From IMG/VR virus record IMGVR_UViG_3300025530_000275, positions 32,001 through 96,000 of that record: 64,000 bases of DNA, one strand, 5' to 3'. A model generated the notes under the pieces. That model saw nothing but the letters and a program-made list of their open reading frames with translations, had not been told where the DNA came from and made no database searches. Positions 19,568 to 29,564 of this stretch are shown piece after piece (the first letter of the stretch is position 1; the number at the start of each line of letters is the position of its first letter). The position numbers and the translations under genes are program-made. This stretch comes from a virus.

Positions 19568-19722
19568 AAAAAAAATATCCCTTTCTTCTTTCGCAACCCT
19601 TTCGGGCTGCTACATGGCCTATATTAAATATTAAACGACCCAGTGTCTGCGTATGACTATTTTTTCGCATAGTGCGATAACATGAAGGTGCCCAGACCAA
19701 GGATTGTTTAATATTTAATATA
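19568..19722 (-). ncRNA. candidate structured RNA
   Basis: 17-bp perfect inverted repeat 19620-19636/19706-19722 enclosing inner stems, then GCAGCCC-GAAA-GGGTTGC hairpin and T tract. Confidence 0.4.
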
Positions 19723-19950
19723 TTAAGAACTAAAAATCCTTATAAGCTCCCTGATAAGCTTAGCCGACTTTCCAACTTTATTATCGGCCAATGCAACAAG
19801 GTCTAAGAGTTCATTCGCAACTGCTCCTACTTTCTTAAATGTAGCAAGTCGTCGCGTGACACTCTTTCCTTTATAATCAGCTATCTGGGAGACCTTTTTG
19901 AGTTGCTCAAATTTTTCGGCATCGAAAACGATTTTTAACAATATTATCAT
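19723..19950 (-). CDS. small basic early protein
   Basis: 75 aa, RBS AGAAAGGA, early promoter directly upstream. Confidence 0.65.
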   Translation of the reverse strand: MIILLKIVFDAEKFEQLKKVSQIADYKGKSVTRRLATFKKVGAVANELLDLVALADNKVGKSAKLIRELIRIFSS

Positions 19951-19973
19951 TCCTTTCTATTTTCTTCTACTAA

Positions 19974-19984
19974 AATAATATATA
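19974..19984 (-). promoter_or_regulatory. early-type promoter TATATATTATT
   Basis: Exact motif. Confidence 0.7.
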
Positions 19985-20028
19985 ATTGATTCTTTCTTGG
20001 CTCAATTCTGATACAAATATGTATTGAA

Positions 20029-20040
20029 AACACCAAAATA
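20029..20040 (+). promoter_or_regulatory. late-type promoter AACA-N6-TA
   Basis: AACACCAAAATA. Confidence 0.65.
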
Positions 20041-20078
20041 ACCGTATGAATAATAAAGGAAAGGAGTTGCTTAAATAC

Positions 20079-21164
20079 ATGTCACTCACATGGTCCAGTC
20101 TTATACAGGCTAGAAGAGGGATTTCTGCTACTGAATTTGAAAGACGACAAGATGAGAGAGCATTAATAGGAACCCACTCATCAAATCCATGGTATCAAAT
20201 GGAAATGTTTAATAGATATAACCTGCCACAAGGATTTCAATGGCCAGGTGGATTAAGAGGGCATATTTTCTTCACCAGGCCCGATTGCAACATAGTAGAT
20301 CTTGAAAATAAAGCTCTTCCTATAAGAGAGAAGCTTAGAGGAAGATCGGGATTTATTTCATTCCTCGAAGAAGATGTAGATAACGTTGAAAGTATTAAGA
20401 ATCCTGTAAATAAAGTAGTAATAAAACAATTGCAGCATAATACTGGACATCCAAGCGCATTCATGCCAGTGTTTTCAAATACATTTAGAGGGTACACACC
20501 TGAAGATCAAACTCTTGACACGGTGGAAAAAGGTGATACCTTACATGGAATTCGTCTAGTATATGCAAAGCATAGTATGAATTCTAGAACCTCTGGGACG
20601 TTTACTCTGACATTTCAAGATTTAAGAGATTTCCCAGTATATAAAACATTGTGTTTATGGACTGATTATATAGAAGCAGTATTTTTGGGCGACCATTCTC
20701 CAAATGAGTACTATATTAAATCTGGTATTATAGATTATGCAGTTGCTATGTACTATATAGTAACTAGAGATCATGTTGGGCCTGAAGTTGAAGCCTCAAG
20801 AGGAATTCTAAATAAAGGCGCATTAGAAATTGTATATTGGGAAAAACTTCTTGGAGTATTTCCTATTACAAGACCTGATAGTTCTTTTGCGACTGAAACC
20901 AGTAGATTCACTTATCCGGAATTTTCTGTGCAGTTTAAATATTCTATAAAAAGCAAATCTAGCATTCTTGATCCTTATGTCTTATCTGAATTGAATAGTT
21001 TATCCGCATTGCACCATAGGAAACCTAAAACTATAGCAGATAATTCTTTTAATGTCGGAGACGGTTGGACCGATACTGGTCATCCGTTTGTGAGCAACCC
21101 TATAGTGCAGAAATATAATGGTAAATTCTTTCTGAGTTGGAATATACATGATTCAGCAATTTAA
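20079..21164 (+). CDS. tail tube-like / baseplate tube initiator protein
   Basis: HIFFTRPDCNI, FTLTFQD..W.DY, LLGVFPI..P pattern of tube-fold proteins; start moved to ATG after AAGGAG; precedes gp6-like gene. Confidence 0.5.
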   Translation: MSLTWSSLIQARRGISATEFERRQDERALIGTHSSNPWYQMEMFNRYNLPQGFQWPGGLRGHIFFTRPDCNIVDLENKALPIREKLRGRSGFISFLEEDVDNVESIKNPVNKVVIKQLQHNTGHPSAFMPVFSNTFRGYTPEDQTLDTVEKGDTLHGIRLVYAKHSMNSRTSGTFTLTFQDLRDFPVYKTLCLWTDYIEAVFLGDHSPNEYYIKSGIIDYAVAMYYIVTRDHVGPEVEASRGILNKGALEIVYWEKLLGVFPITRPDSSFATETSRFTYPEFSVQFKYSIKSKSSILDPYVLSELNSLSALHHRKPKTIADNSFNVGDGWTDTGHPFVSNPIVQKYNGKFFLSWNIHDSAI

Positions 21165-21183
21165 AGAAAGGCGGGATAGATAA

Positions 21184-24100
21184 ATGATTCTAAGCTCGGA
21201 TGTAATCAATAAAATTATTGATGATATCGCACCGAAGTATTTTGATGATGATTTTGATGAAATATCTAAAAACCGAATTGGTATTTTTGGTATGGTTGCT
21301 GAAACAATGGCAACCCTTTATGAAAACTCTATTGTCAATAATGCAATTAAAGCCAGAGAGCGTCTTACCATAACTGCGTCAAAAAGCACTCTGATGCAGG
21401 AAGCATCTAGCTATCCTGAATTAGTTATACCTGGTGCAAATCCTGCTACTATAAATGTAAGTATCGGTGTTCCTATAAATTATCTCGAATCCAGATTTAT
21501 GATTGACTCATTTAACGTAAGGTTTGTGCTTCATAAAGATACCCTAATTACTATTTCAGGTTTCCCGTTCATGCTTCCTTACACTGTTAATATCATTGGT
21601 CGGAAAGTAAATAACCAATTTGTATATAGTGCCCAATATACATTGGATGGAGAGAACCCAATTTCGAATATTTCTAACCCGTTTTTGATAACTCAAAACC
21701 TTATGCTTAACGGAGAGAGATATCTCTTCTTTAATACAAACCTTATGCAAGTAAGTAAAAAATATGATAGCTACAATATAACTGAAACTGAACGAATCCC
21801 GCTTCAGGGAATCGAATTCACATATGACGATCAACTTGTATTCTTCAACGTATTTTATAGAGATAATGATAACTCTGAATTTGAAATGGTGGAGAAGTAT
21901 TATTACACTACTAAGATTGTAAATACGGGAAATAGATATATATTTTATAATGACACCGAAGATGGGAAGATTCGTCTTTCTATTCCGGAAGATTTCGATT
22001 TCACGTTTAATGGTGAGCTGAGAATTGATATATATACGACTAAAGGAAAAGCTGCGAATTTCACTTATAATGGCGGGACGATTGAAATATCCCCTCAATC
22101 ATATCTTAATCAGATTGACTATACCGGAAGCTACTTCCAGTTTGTCGTAGTGTCTGACTCAACCGGTGGAACGGATTCTCTCACTACTGAGGAAATAAGA
22201 GAAAGAATAATTAATTACAAATCTACGTTAAGATCAATTGATACTGAAAATGATTTGAATAAATATTTTAGAGAAATCGACAGAACAAACAATACCATCT
22301 TTATTAAGAAAAGAATTGATATCTATGAAAAGAAGTATACTGCATTTATGATAATGCGGGATGAAGATTCTAATATTATCAGTACCAACTCACTCGATGG
22401 GCTTATAAAATCTTCGGATATAAATGTTCATTATCCTCAAACTTCTCGTAGGATAGTTTATCCTTCTACTGCTTATTCATTAATGGATGGAGAGAGATTT
22501 AAGATAGAGAAGAATGATGAAATCTATAGGAAAATAAAAAGAATAAGACTGAGACTGACTGGGAATACTTTGGATAGTTATTCGAGGCTAAGGGAAATTG
22601 ATATACGTGATATGTATTCTAATAGATTAGATAGCACAGACTTTGTGTTTTCGCAAGGGGCCAATAACTCTGGTTCTTTGGATCTCGACCCTGAAGAAAT
22701 CGAAAAGGCTTTTGATGGTGACGGATCTACTTATTGGGTTATTGGTGACACTGAATATAATGGAGATGCTGAAAAATTTAGTGAGGTTATACTTACTTTA
22801 AATGAACCAACCCTCCTTTCGTTTATAACCATGGGAACTGCATATGATGAAGTTACAGAATATATCATGGGCTCAATTGAAGTTCAATATGAAGACCAAG
22901 CGGGAACTAATCCTGATGGTTCTGACGGAACTTGGGTTGAAATAATAACCCCTAGGAATTTTGTAATTAAAGAAATAGGAAATCCTCAGGGTAATACATT
23001 TAACGAGGTCGTGCCATTGAGGCGGAATAATAATGCAATTTTATCATATGAAGAGAATGCAGATAAATTCCTCTTTGCATGTCCATACTTAATGGTTATC
23101 AATGAAGATCCCCCTTCTACATCATTTTACCTGAATAGTGTAGATAGTGAACATACGCTGACTATCAGTTATTCGAATATTAATGCACCTATACAATTTA
23201 TTATTAACAGATTTAGAATTTCTAGAAATGCCATTGATAATGAATTTGCATATAAAATGAATTTCAATATAGTCCCTGCAAGTGAACTTCCTGAGGGAAT
23301 TGTAGATGAAGATGGGAATATAATTAGTTGGGATGCAATACGCATCTATGGTTTTGTATACTCGCCGACAGATGAAACCGATATTGTCGGATATTTTCCT
23401 ATGAATATTACTTCTTATAATAAGAATGAAAACTATTTCACAGTAACATCTGAACTTAGGACTGACGACTATATTACCCTTAATGATGAATTACGCATAA
23501 GAGATACTGTATATGCGAGGGGAACAGAGGAAGTTTTCGACTATATAACTCCTCTCAATAATATAAAAATAGGTATAGCGGTTTATTACAATGATGGTGA
23601 ATATAATGACAAAGGGGATTATGAATCCATAATTCCTGGACTGGATTCATATGGTCTTCTTAATATTTATACTAATGAATTCGATAAAGTCACTTTCATG
23701 ATTAATATGACTAGACTTGTTCAATCTGTAGTCAACTTTGTCCCAGATGAAGTTAACAGTGGGGTCATAAATTTTGATATAAAACAGATTCCGCTAGTAC
23801 GATATAGCGAGCTAAGGTCAAATTTTGATAGAATTTCTAATGTAATTATGAGAACCAATACAGAAATGAGATCTCTCTTGAATCAAATCAAAAACAACTC
23901 ATCTATCGATTATAAATTCTATGCCACATATGGAAAATCCAGATTCTTTAAGATGGAAAATACTAATGTGGATCTCGATCGTTTGGATATTAAGATGAGG
24001 TTCAGGGTTCGTATTCTTTCAACTAGAACTGATAATACTCTTATAGCAGACCTTAAAGCATTTATCAAACCTCTCATCGAAAGCATAAACGTTTCAAGCA

Positions 24101-24348
24101 TGAATATAAATCAAAGCATTTACTTCTCTAACATCATAACTCAAGTAGAAAACGAGTTTAAATATAGACAAGATAGAATACTGGCATTCGAACTTCGTCA
24201 AGTTAATGAATATGATACTTTATATCAATCTCTTATAAATACAACTCCTGATCTTGAAACTATGACTAAAGAACAATTACTACAATTTATACCTGAATTC
24301 GTAAAACTTGATATCAATAAAATCGAGATCGAAGTAATTCCTGTATAG
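21184..24348 (+). CDS. baseplate wedge protein (gp6/J-like) with inserted discoidin-like domain
   Basis: 1054 aa; PAT, YTTKGKAAN, STGGTDSLTTEEIRE..TENDL are J-like motifs; AFDGDGSTYW insert. Confidence 0.72.
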   Translation: MILSSDVINKIIDDIAPKYFDDDFDEISKNRIGIFGMVAETMATLYENSIVNNAIKARERLTITASKSTLMQEASSYPELVIPGANPATINVSIGVPINYLESRFMIDSFNVRFVLHKDTLITISGFPFMLPYTVNIIGRKVNNQFVYSAQYTLDGENPISNISNPFLITQNLMLNGERYLFFNTNLMQVSKKYDSYNITETERIPLQGIEFTYDDQLVFFNVFYRDNDNSEFEMVEKYYYTTKIVNTGNRYIFYNDTEDGKIRLSIPEDFDFTFNGELRIDIYTTKGKAANFTYNGGTIEISPQSYLNQIDYTGSYFQFVVVSDSTGGTDSLTTEEIRERIINYKSTLRSIDTENDLNKYFREIDRTNNTIFIKKRIDIYEKKYTAFMIMRDEDSNIISTNSLDGLIKSSDINVHYPQTSRRIVYPSTAYSLMDGERFKIEKNDEIYRKIKRIRLRLTGNTLDSYSRLREIDIRDMYSNRLDSTDFVFSQGANNSGSLDLDPEEIEKAFDGDGSTYWVIGDTEYNGDAEKFSEVILTLNEPTLLSFITMGTAYDEVTEYIMGSIEVQYEDQAGTNPDGSDGTWVEIITPRNFVIKEIGNPQGNTFNEVVPLRRNNNAILSYEENADKFLFACPYLMVINEDPPSTSFYLNSVDSEHTLTISYSNINAPIQFIINRFRISRNAIDNEFAYKMNFNIVPASELPEGIVDEDGNIISWDAIRIYGFVYSPTDETDIVGYFPMNITSYNKNENYFTVTSELRTDDYITLNDELRIRDTVYARGTEEVFDYITPLNNIKIGIAVYYNDGEYNDKGDYESIIPGLDSYGLLNIYTNEFDKVTFMINMTRLVQSVVNFVPDEVNSGVINFDIKQIPLVRYSELRSNFDRISNVIMRTNTEMRSLLNQIKNNSSIDYKFYATYGKSRFFKMENTNVDLDRLDIKMRFRVRILSTRTDNTLIADLKAFIKPLIESINVSSMNINQSIYFSNIITQVENEFKYRQDRILAFELRQVNEYDTLYQSLINTTPDLETMTKEQLLQFIPEFVKLDINKIEIEVIPV

Positions 24349-24356
24349 TAAAATAT

Positions 24357-24398
24357 GAAAACTGTATAGGATTTGAATATCCTATACAGTTTTCTTTT
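24357..24398 (+). terminator. rho-independent terminator
   Basis: GAAAACTGTATAGGAT/ATCCTATACAGTTTTC. Confidence 0.8.
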
Positions 24399-24406
24399 GT
24401 GGTTTA

Positions 24407-24418
24407 AACACATCTATA
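24407..24418 (+). promoter_or_regulatory. late-type promoter AACA-N6-TA
   Basis: AACACATCTATA. Confidence 0.65.
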
Positions 24419-24453
24419 AGGAAATCCAATATTAAGTAGGGAGGAAATAGCAA

Positions 24454-26724
24454 ATGTTCGATTTTTCAGAATTCGCGTTGCAAGATAGCATTGCGAACTA
24501 TAATCGGAAAATGATGCTTGAGTCAGAAAAAGCTGCAATTCAATCTCGTAAACGTCTGATCGAGAGTATTGTCGACACATTGGTCCATGAGTATGATAGG
24601 ACCTACAATACGGAAGCATCTAGAGTTATTGATAGAAAGTTCATCAGGGAAGGTGCGGTGATTCATATTGTCAAGGAAGCTGTTTATAGTATCTTCGAAT
24701 CCGCACTTCTTATTGATGAATCTGTAAAGGCTCAGTATAAAGATAATATTAAGATGATTTTCGAAAATTATTTCTACCAAATTCTTAAAGAGAGTAATAT
24801 TAAAACGCTTTCTCAATTTAAGCAATATGTAAAAAATTCGCACAAACTGTTTGAGAATGTTATCGAGCGCGCAGAGAAACTCGTTGAAATCAATGAAAGT
24901 GTGTATAATGAACTGCTTGAAACCACGTATAATAGCACGTCTCTGGATAATCTTATCATAGAGGCTGCTAATGCGGCAGCAGATCCTGAGACCCCTATTG
25001 ATGATAAAGTTGCCAAAGCGCGGGCAATGGTTGATAAGCTCAGTGAAGACTTTAGAAGATTTACTCTTGAACAGCGATTTGCCTCGGCGCATAAATTGAT
25101 TCAGGCTGCCATCATTATTCTCAAACTCGGCGTAGCGTTTGATAAGATATGGTACTCTCTTCTTGATAAACTCCTCTCCGTTGTCAACACTATATTTGGA
25201 CGAGAGTCTACCGAAAGCTTAAAAGAGAAATTGATGCGTAAGACGCTAAAAGAAGTTGATAATTACTATTATGTGGCAATCGACGTTGCAATTACTCTCA
25301 AGAAGCTGCAAAAGAAATTCCCTCCGGATTCTAAAGATTATATCAAGCTCGGAGATAGGATTGCTTCTATTTATAAGGCAATTGTAATAATAAACGATTA
25401 TCGACAAGAACTTATTGCTAAGTCTCAAAACAAGCCTCTTAAAGAAATGACTATCGCTGAGTTCATCACGGAATCTGATTCTGTTATTATGGATACATCT
25501 GCTAGGGATACTGTAATTGATGGGATTAAAGAAAAGCTTAATTCTACGATTGCAGATTTCGATCCATACGATGCATTAGAAAATCTTCAGCTTGTAAATA
25601 AAATCGTAGCAGAACCTCTTTATCAGCAAACATTTGTAACCCAAGGAAATTCGGGCTCGAATGTTGTCCTTGTTATTATCAAGGCACTGAAAACTCCTAA
25701 TATTCCTGATAAACTGAAAGCTCAATTTATTAAAGAAGCAAGAACTTTCAAACACAACTTGGACTCTGTGATTGAAACTGCTCGTAAGAGTGGTCGACAT
25801 GAACAAGTTCCTAGTTTGGTTAAACAAAGTAAGCGCCTCGAATCTTTCTTAGATCAATATGAAAAGAAAGGATACTTTGATACCAAGTTGGTTAGAGAAA
25901 GTATTTCCCCTCTTCTTTCCATTGACCATAAAGTTGGAATGGATGTGCTTGCATCTAATATCGCTGAAGCTACACAGTTCATTCTTCTCTACGAAACTAC
26001 TCCTGGAGATCTTGAATACATCACGCAAATGGTGAATGAAGCCGACGACCATGATCCTGATACGAAAGAGGATCTGAAAAATCTTTCTAAAATTATTAAA
26101 GAAGAAATTGATGACGATTCTGCGTCCGAGGATCTCTTAAAGGAAAGCTTGAAGCTGGAATCTGCCATTTATGAGAAACTTTACATGAATAGACCTGAAG
26201 GAATTTCTGAGGCTGCTGGCAATGAACTCAAGAAAGGGAAATATCCTAAGTTTGAGGACTTTATTGATGCTGACGAGAAAGAACTCATTGCGCACATCGT
26301 ATCAGCATCTGGTAAAGATAAAGTTGTTGATATTATTAAAGCTAAAATTATTAATGTGATTGAAAATGAGGAGAAAAAGATGGAAAAACTTGAGGAAGAA
26401 GAGCATAAGCTAATCTCAAGACTTTCTAAAAGATCTCCTGAAGGGGAAAAAGAGCTTCAAGAAGCTGTTAGGGCTGGTCTTGGCAGAATCAATGTCCCGA
26501 GAACTCTCTTTGAGTCGATTGTAATGAATCGTTCTAAAAAATATATTCAGGAAGCAGTTTCTCTTGGAACTGGTTTTGATATTGATATGCATAAAGAAAC
26601 TATTATGGGCGAAGCGATTACACTGTATACAATTCATGAAACTTTTAATACCCTTTATTTCGGAGGGTACAACCTCTCTAAGATCAATAAACTTACGGTT
26701 GATTACTATAATGGAAAAATTTGA
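24454..26724 (+). CDS. large helical head/core protein with many candidate cleavage sites
   Basis: MLE-S, LIE-S, IFE-S, INE-S, IIE-A, ITE-S, VRE-S, VNE-A, ISE-A, LQE-A, IQE-A; late promoter. Confidence 0.55.
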   Translation: MFDFSEFALQDSIANYNRKMMLESEKAAIQSRKRLIESIVDTLVHEYDRTYNTEASRVIDRKFIREGAVIHIVKEAVYSIFESALLIDESVKAQYKDNIKMIFENYFYQILKESNIKTLSQFKQYVKNSHKLFENVIERAEKLVEINESVYNELLETTYNSTSLDNLIIEAANAAADPETPIDDKVAKARAMVDKLSEDFRRFTLEQRFASAHKLIQAAIIILKLGVAFDKIWYSLLDKLLSVVNTIFGRESTESLKEKLMRKTLKEVDNYYYVAIDVAITLKKLQKKFPPDSKDYIKLGDRIASIYKAIVIINDYRQELIAKSQNKPLKEMTIAEFITESDSVIMDTSARDTVIDGIKEKLNSTIADFDPYDALENLQLVNKIVAEPLYQQTFVTQGNSGSNVVLVIIKALKTPNIPDKLKAQFIKEARTFKHNLDSVIETARKSGRHEQVPSLVKQSKRLESFLDQYEKKGYFDTKLVRESISPLLSIDHKVGMDVLASNIAEATQFILLYETTPGDLEYITQMVNEADDHDPDTKEDLKNLSKIIKEEIDDDSASEDLLKESLKLESAIYEKLYMNRPEGISEAAGNELKKGKYPKFEDFIDADEKELIAHIVSASGKDKVVDIIKAKIINVIENEEKKMEKLEEEEHKLISRLSKRSPEGEKELQEAVRAGLGRINVPRTLFESIVMNRSKKYIQEAVSLGTGFDIDMHKETIMGEAITLYTIHETFNTLYFGGYNLSKINKLTVDYYNGKI

Positions 26725-26731
26725 TGCAAAA

Positions 26732-26765
26732 GGTGAAGGATAGGGAATAGTTCCCTATCCTTCAC
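26732..26765. terminator. terminator between convergent genes
   Basis: GTGAAGGATAGGGAA/TTCCCTATCCTTCAC. Confidence 0.8.
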
Positions 26766-27472
26766 TTATTTTTTTTTATCTTTTCCTTCCATAAATCATA
26801 TATAGAATTTGCTATAATTTCAGGTGGATACCATTCATTAGATGAGTTAAATTTTCTTGTAGCAATCGGGTCCCAATTTTTTAGTGATATCAATGTATGG
26901 AGAAATTGCTCAACTTCTCCTTGATAGTTTATATCTCTTTCATTTATATCTAATTCTTTTCTATTACTCATAGCCTCTCGGGAGCTTTTCGAATCACTAA
27001 TAAGGACAAATACTCTATTAGGTTTAGGTATACGGAATAACTTATGCTCTATAAATTCTATAAAATTGGAAATACTGATCTTATCTTCATATGTTTTACC
27101 CTTAGCGCCCTGGTACAGCATATTTGAAGTACTATATCTATCAAATATTACAAAATCATAGTTTTTGATAATCGATTTTACTTTAGTATAGTACCCAATT
27201 ATTCTATCAAATGAATAGAATAATGATGCGATTCTTGGAGGAACTGAGTAGGGAGATTTCCCAAATTTTCCTTTAAGAAACCATCTTACAAGAAATGAGT
27301 GCCATTTATCATACATAGGAAAAGATACGGTTAAAACTTTATAGCCATCCTCTGTTAGAATATCATATAACTTTTTTGTAGTGGTTTCCTTTCCCGAACC
27401 GTCCAATCCTTCGATTACAAAAATATAAGGTGTCTTTTTCCCCACAATTTTCTCCCCTTCTATTATAATCAC
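26762..27472 (-). CDS. tmk: thymidylate kinase
   Basis: IEGLDGSGKET P-loop, SFP, FDRYSTSNMLYQ, PKP. Confidence 0.88.
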   Translation of the reverse strand: MIIIEGEKIVGKKTPYIFVIEGLDGSGKETTTKKLYDILTEDGYKVLTVSFPMYDKWHSFLVRWFLKGKFGKSPYSVPPRIASLFYSFDRIIGYYTKVKSIIKNYDFVIFDRYSTSNMLYQGAKGKTYEDKISISNFIEFIEHKLFRIPKPNRVFVLISDSKSSREAMSNRKELDINERDINYQGEVEQFLHTLISLKNWDPIATRKFNSSNEWYPPEIIANSIYDLWKEKIKKNK

Positions 27473-27497
27473 TTTTTCAATATCAAAAAAATATCTT

Positions 27498-27509
27498 TAA
27501 TTAAGGGTT
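27498..27509 (-). promoter_or_regulatory. AACCCNTAATTA promoter candidate
   Basis: AACCCTTAATTA upstream of tmk (overlaps upstream terminator stem 27505-27533). Confidence 0.45.
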
Positions 27510-27540
27510 AGTGAGATTATTACTCACTAACCCGTTTGAA

Positions 27541-28755
27541 TTAATCAAGCATTTTCATATTGTCAAATACTTTGGCAACCTGCTCTCTCATTACAGCTTC
27601 GCCAAGACCAAATTTATATTTGGCTACACCTATGACTGCACCTTTAAGGTATGCATCTTTAATTGCCTCAGCAGCCCAATGATCTGAAGGCACGTCTTCA
27701 TAAATGTCAGGAACTTCCCAAAAGTCATCGACTGTAATGAGGCCAAGATTTTCGAGAATTTTTACAAACTGCTCTCTAGTAAGAGTATCTCCCAATCCAA
27801 ATTTTTCAGAGGAGATACCATTAATGATGCCGGTCGTATATGCTTTCTTAATAGAATTAATAGCCCAATGGTTGTCAGGAACATCCTTGAACGGAAAATC
27901 TTCTCTAATGATAGGTTTATCATTCATAAGTCCAAGCCTATCAATTACCGCAACAACTTCTTCGCGTTTTACTTCCATATTAAGACCAAACTTTTTGTCC
28001 CCAATACCACTCATGATTCCTTTATTATATGCTTTCTTAATAGATTCAGCAGCCCAGTGATTTTCCGGGACATCGTCAAACATTTCAAGAGTTTTTATAG
28101 GTTCAATAACTACTGGAGGTTCAGGCTGCTCAACCTTTTCTTTATATTGACCCCAGAAGATTTCAGGATTGAAGCATTCATTTAAATCGACATTAATTCC
28201 ATTGACCATAATATCATTCTTATATTGATATAGATCGGCATATTTCGAGAGTTTTCCTTTACTCCAGGCATAGGTTTGCCAGAAGTATTTACAAGCCCCT
28301 CGTTTAGCCATCTCTTCGATTACGTCGAATTTACCATATATTCCGGCAAAATAGTCATCTCCGAGAATTTCTTGTGCGCCTTTCAAAAATGCTTCAAATT
28401 GGTCGTAATCCGATTTAGGGGCATCATAATCTACAGCAAAGAAAATTGCGCTCTTTTTAGGCTGACCAAGGGCAATAGCGCGTTGTTTGGCTTTATTAGC
28501 AGCAACTTTCCCTGCACTGTACCCATATTTGGGACCATCTTTTCCTTCTTGGAAAACCGAACCGATCATAAATCCGGCTTTCTTAAGGTTTTCAACCTCT
28601 GTTTTGGAGAAATATTTCCAAGATTCAGGTCCTGCGAGGTAACGTATGAAGAAGCTCCCAAATTTCCCATTTTGATAACTTGCAAGACTTTTAGCCTGAG
28701 CTAAACTAAGGCCAGCGCCTCTGTCATATCCGAAGATACTTGACATTGTTATCAT
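27541..28755 (-). CDS. endolysin: GH25-like (DUF1906) muramidase + three SLH domains
   Basis: FFIRYL, IFFAVDYD, GIYG, WQTYAWS, VDLN; three F.DVP..HWA...I....G...G..F......REE/Q repeats. Confidence 0.88.
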   Translation of the reverse strand: MITMSSIFGYDRGAGLSLAQAKSLASYQNGKFGSFFIRYLAGPESWKYFSKTEVENLKKAGFMIGSVFQEGKDGPKYGYSAGKVAANKAKQRAIALGQPKKSAIFFAVDYDAPKSDYDQFEAFLKGAQEILGDDYFAGIYGKFDVIEEMAKRGACKYFWQTYAWSKGKLSKYADLYQYKNDIMVNGINVDLNECFNPEIFWGQYKEKVEQPEPPVVIEPIKTLEMFDDVPENHWAAESIKKAYNKGIMSGIGDKKFGLNMEVKREEVVAVIDRLGLMNDKPIIREDFPFKDVPDNHWAINSIKKAYTTGIINGISSEKFGLGDTLTREQFVKILENLGLITVDDFWEVPDIYEDVPSDHWAAEAIKDAYLKGAVIGVAKYKFGLGEAVMREQVAKVFDNMKMLD

Positions 28756-28781
28756 CCTTTCCTATGAATTTATATAAGGTT

Positions 28782-29474
28782 TTAAGATATTACATCTGAT
28801 ATCTCAATATCGGCTGGTATACTTTTAAAGCTTTTTCTATTCTTAATCTTTTTATATACATATATAGATGTAAATTTATCTTCATAATAGATAGTCATTT
28901 CAATCCTGGGTAAGAATGAATAAAACTTCTCTATATGTGCTTTATAGATCAAATCATCATCTAATAAAAGAGTGCCAATAAGACTGTCAGTATATGTTTT
29001 AAAAGCATTATCTATATCGGGCTTTGTTGCAGGAGGAATGATTCCAGCTTCGAATAAAACTTGCTCTTCTATAGACGCACTAGAGGGCATTGGATGATAG
29101 AAGTTGATTTTTATAAACATCGGAGTATGGATATTTATGTCTTTTCTAAGTTTTTTTATAAACTTAGTGATATAGTTCTTATTATCCTTAGCATTTGGTA
29201 CATAGGGGGATATGAATCCACCAATTGACCTATACCTGGGACGTTCACTCTGAACAGGTTCTTCGTAAATAGTGATATTTATACACGAATAACTTCGCTT
29301 TTCAAGTATTCTTTTCTTTCTATTTATTATATCTTTCACACGTTTTTCAGTTAATTTATCTCCAATACAATACATGACTCTTTCTATTGGGTCATATTTT
29401 GGGACACCCTTATATTTTGAATTATATTCATCAATTCTATTCTTCCTGGATTTTATTCTTCTTTTTTTAGCCAT
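28782..29474 (-). CDS. rusA: RusA-like Holliday junction resolvase
   Basis: RPR, KPDIDNAFKTYTDSL...DDDLI. Confidence 0.85.
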   Translation of the reverse strand: MAKKRRIKSRKNRIDEYNSKYKGVPKYDPIERVMYCIGDKLTEKRVKDIINRKKRILEKRSYSCINITIYEEPVQSERPRYRSIGGFISPYVPNAKDNKNYITKFIKKLRKDINIHTPMFIKINFYHPMPSSASIEEQVLFEAGIIPPATKPDIDNAFKTYTDSLIGTLLLDDDLIYKAHIEKFYSFLPRIEMTIYYEDKFTSIYVYKKIKNRKSFKSIPADIEISDVIS

Positions 29475-29564
29475 TAACCTCCAACCTTTTTTAGTATTTT
29501 ATCTAACGTTTGGGAAATAATAACAAAAGCAACTCCAAGGGCTTTAAACCCTTGGAGTCTTGTA

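Noticed and set aside
19568-19722. Assignment as hammerhead, HDV-like ribozyme or retron msr-msd
   Set aside because: No CUGANGA core, HDV pseudoknot pairings could not be completed, and no reverse transcriptase in the window; kept only as unclassified RNA
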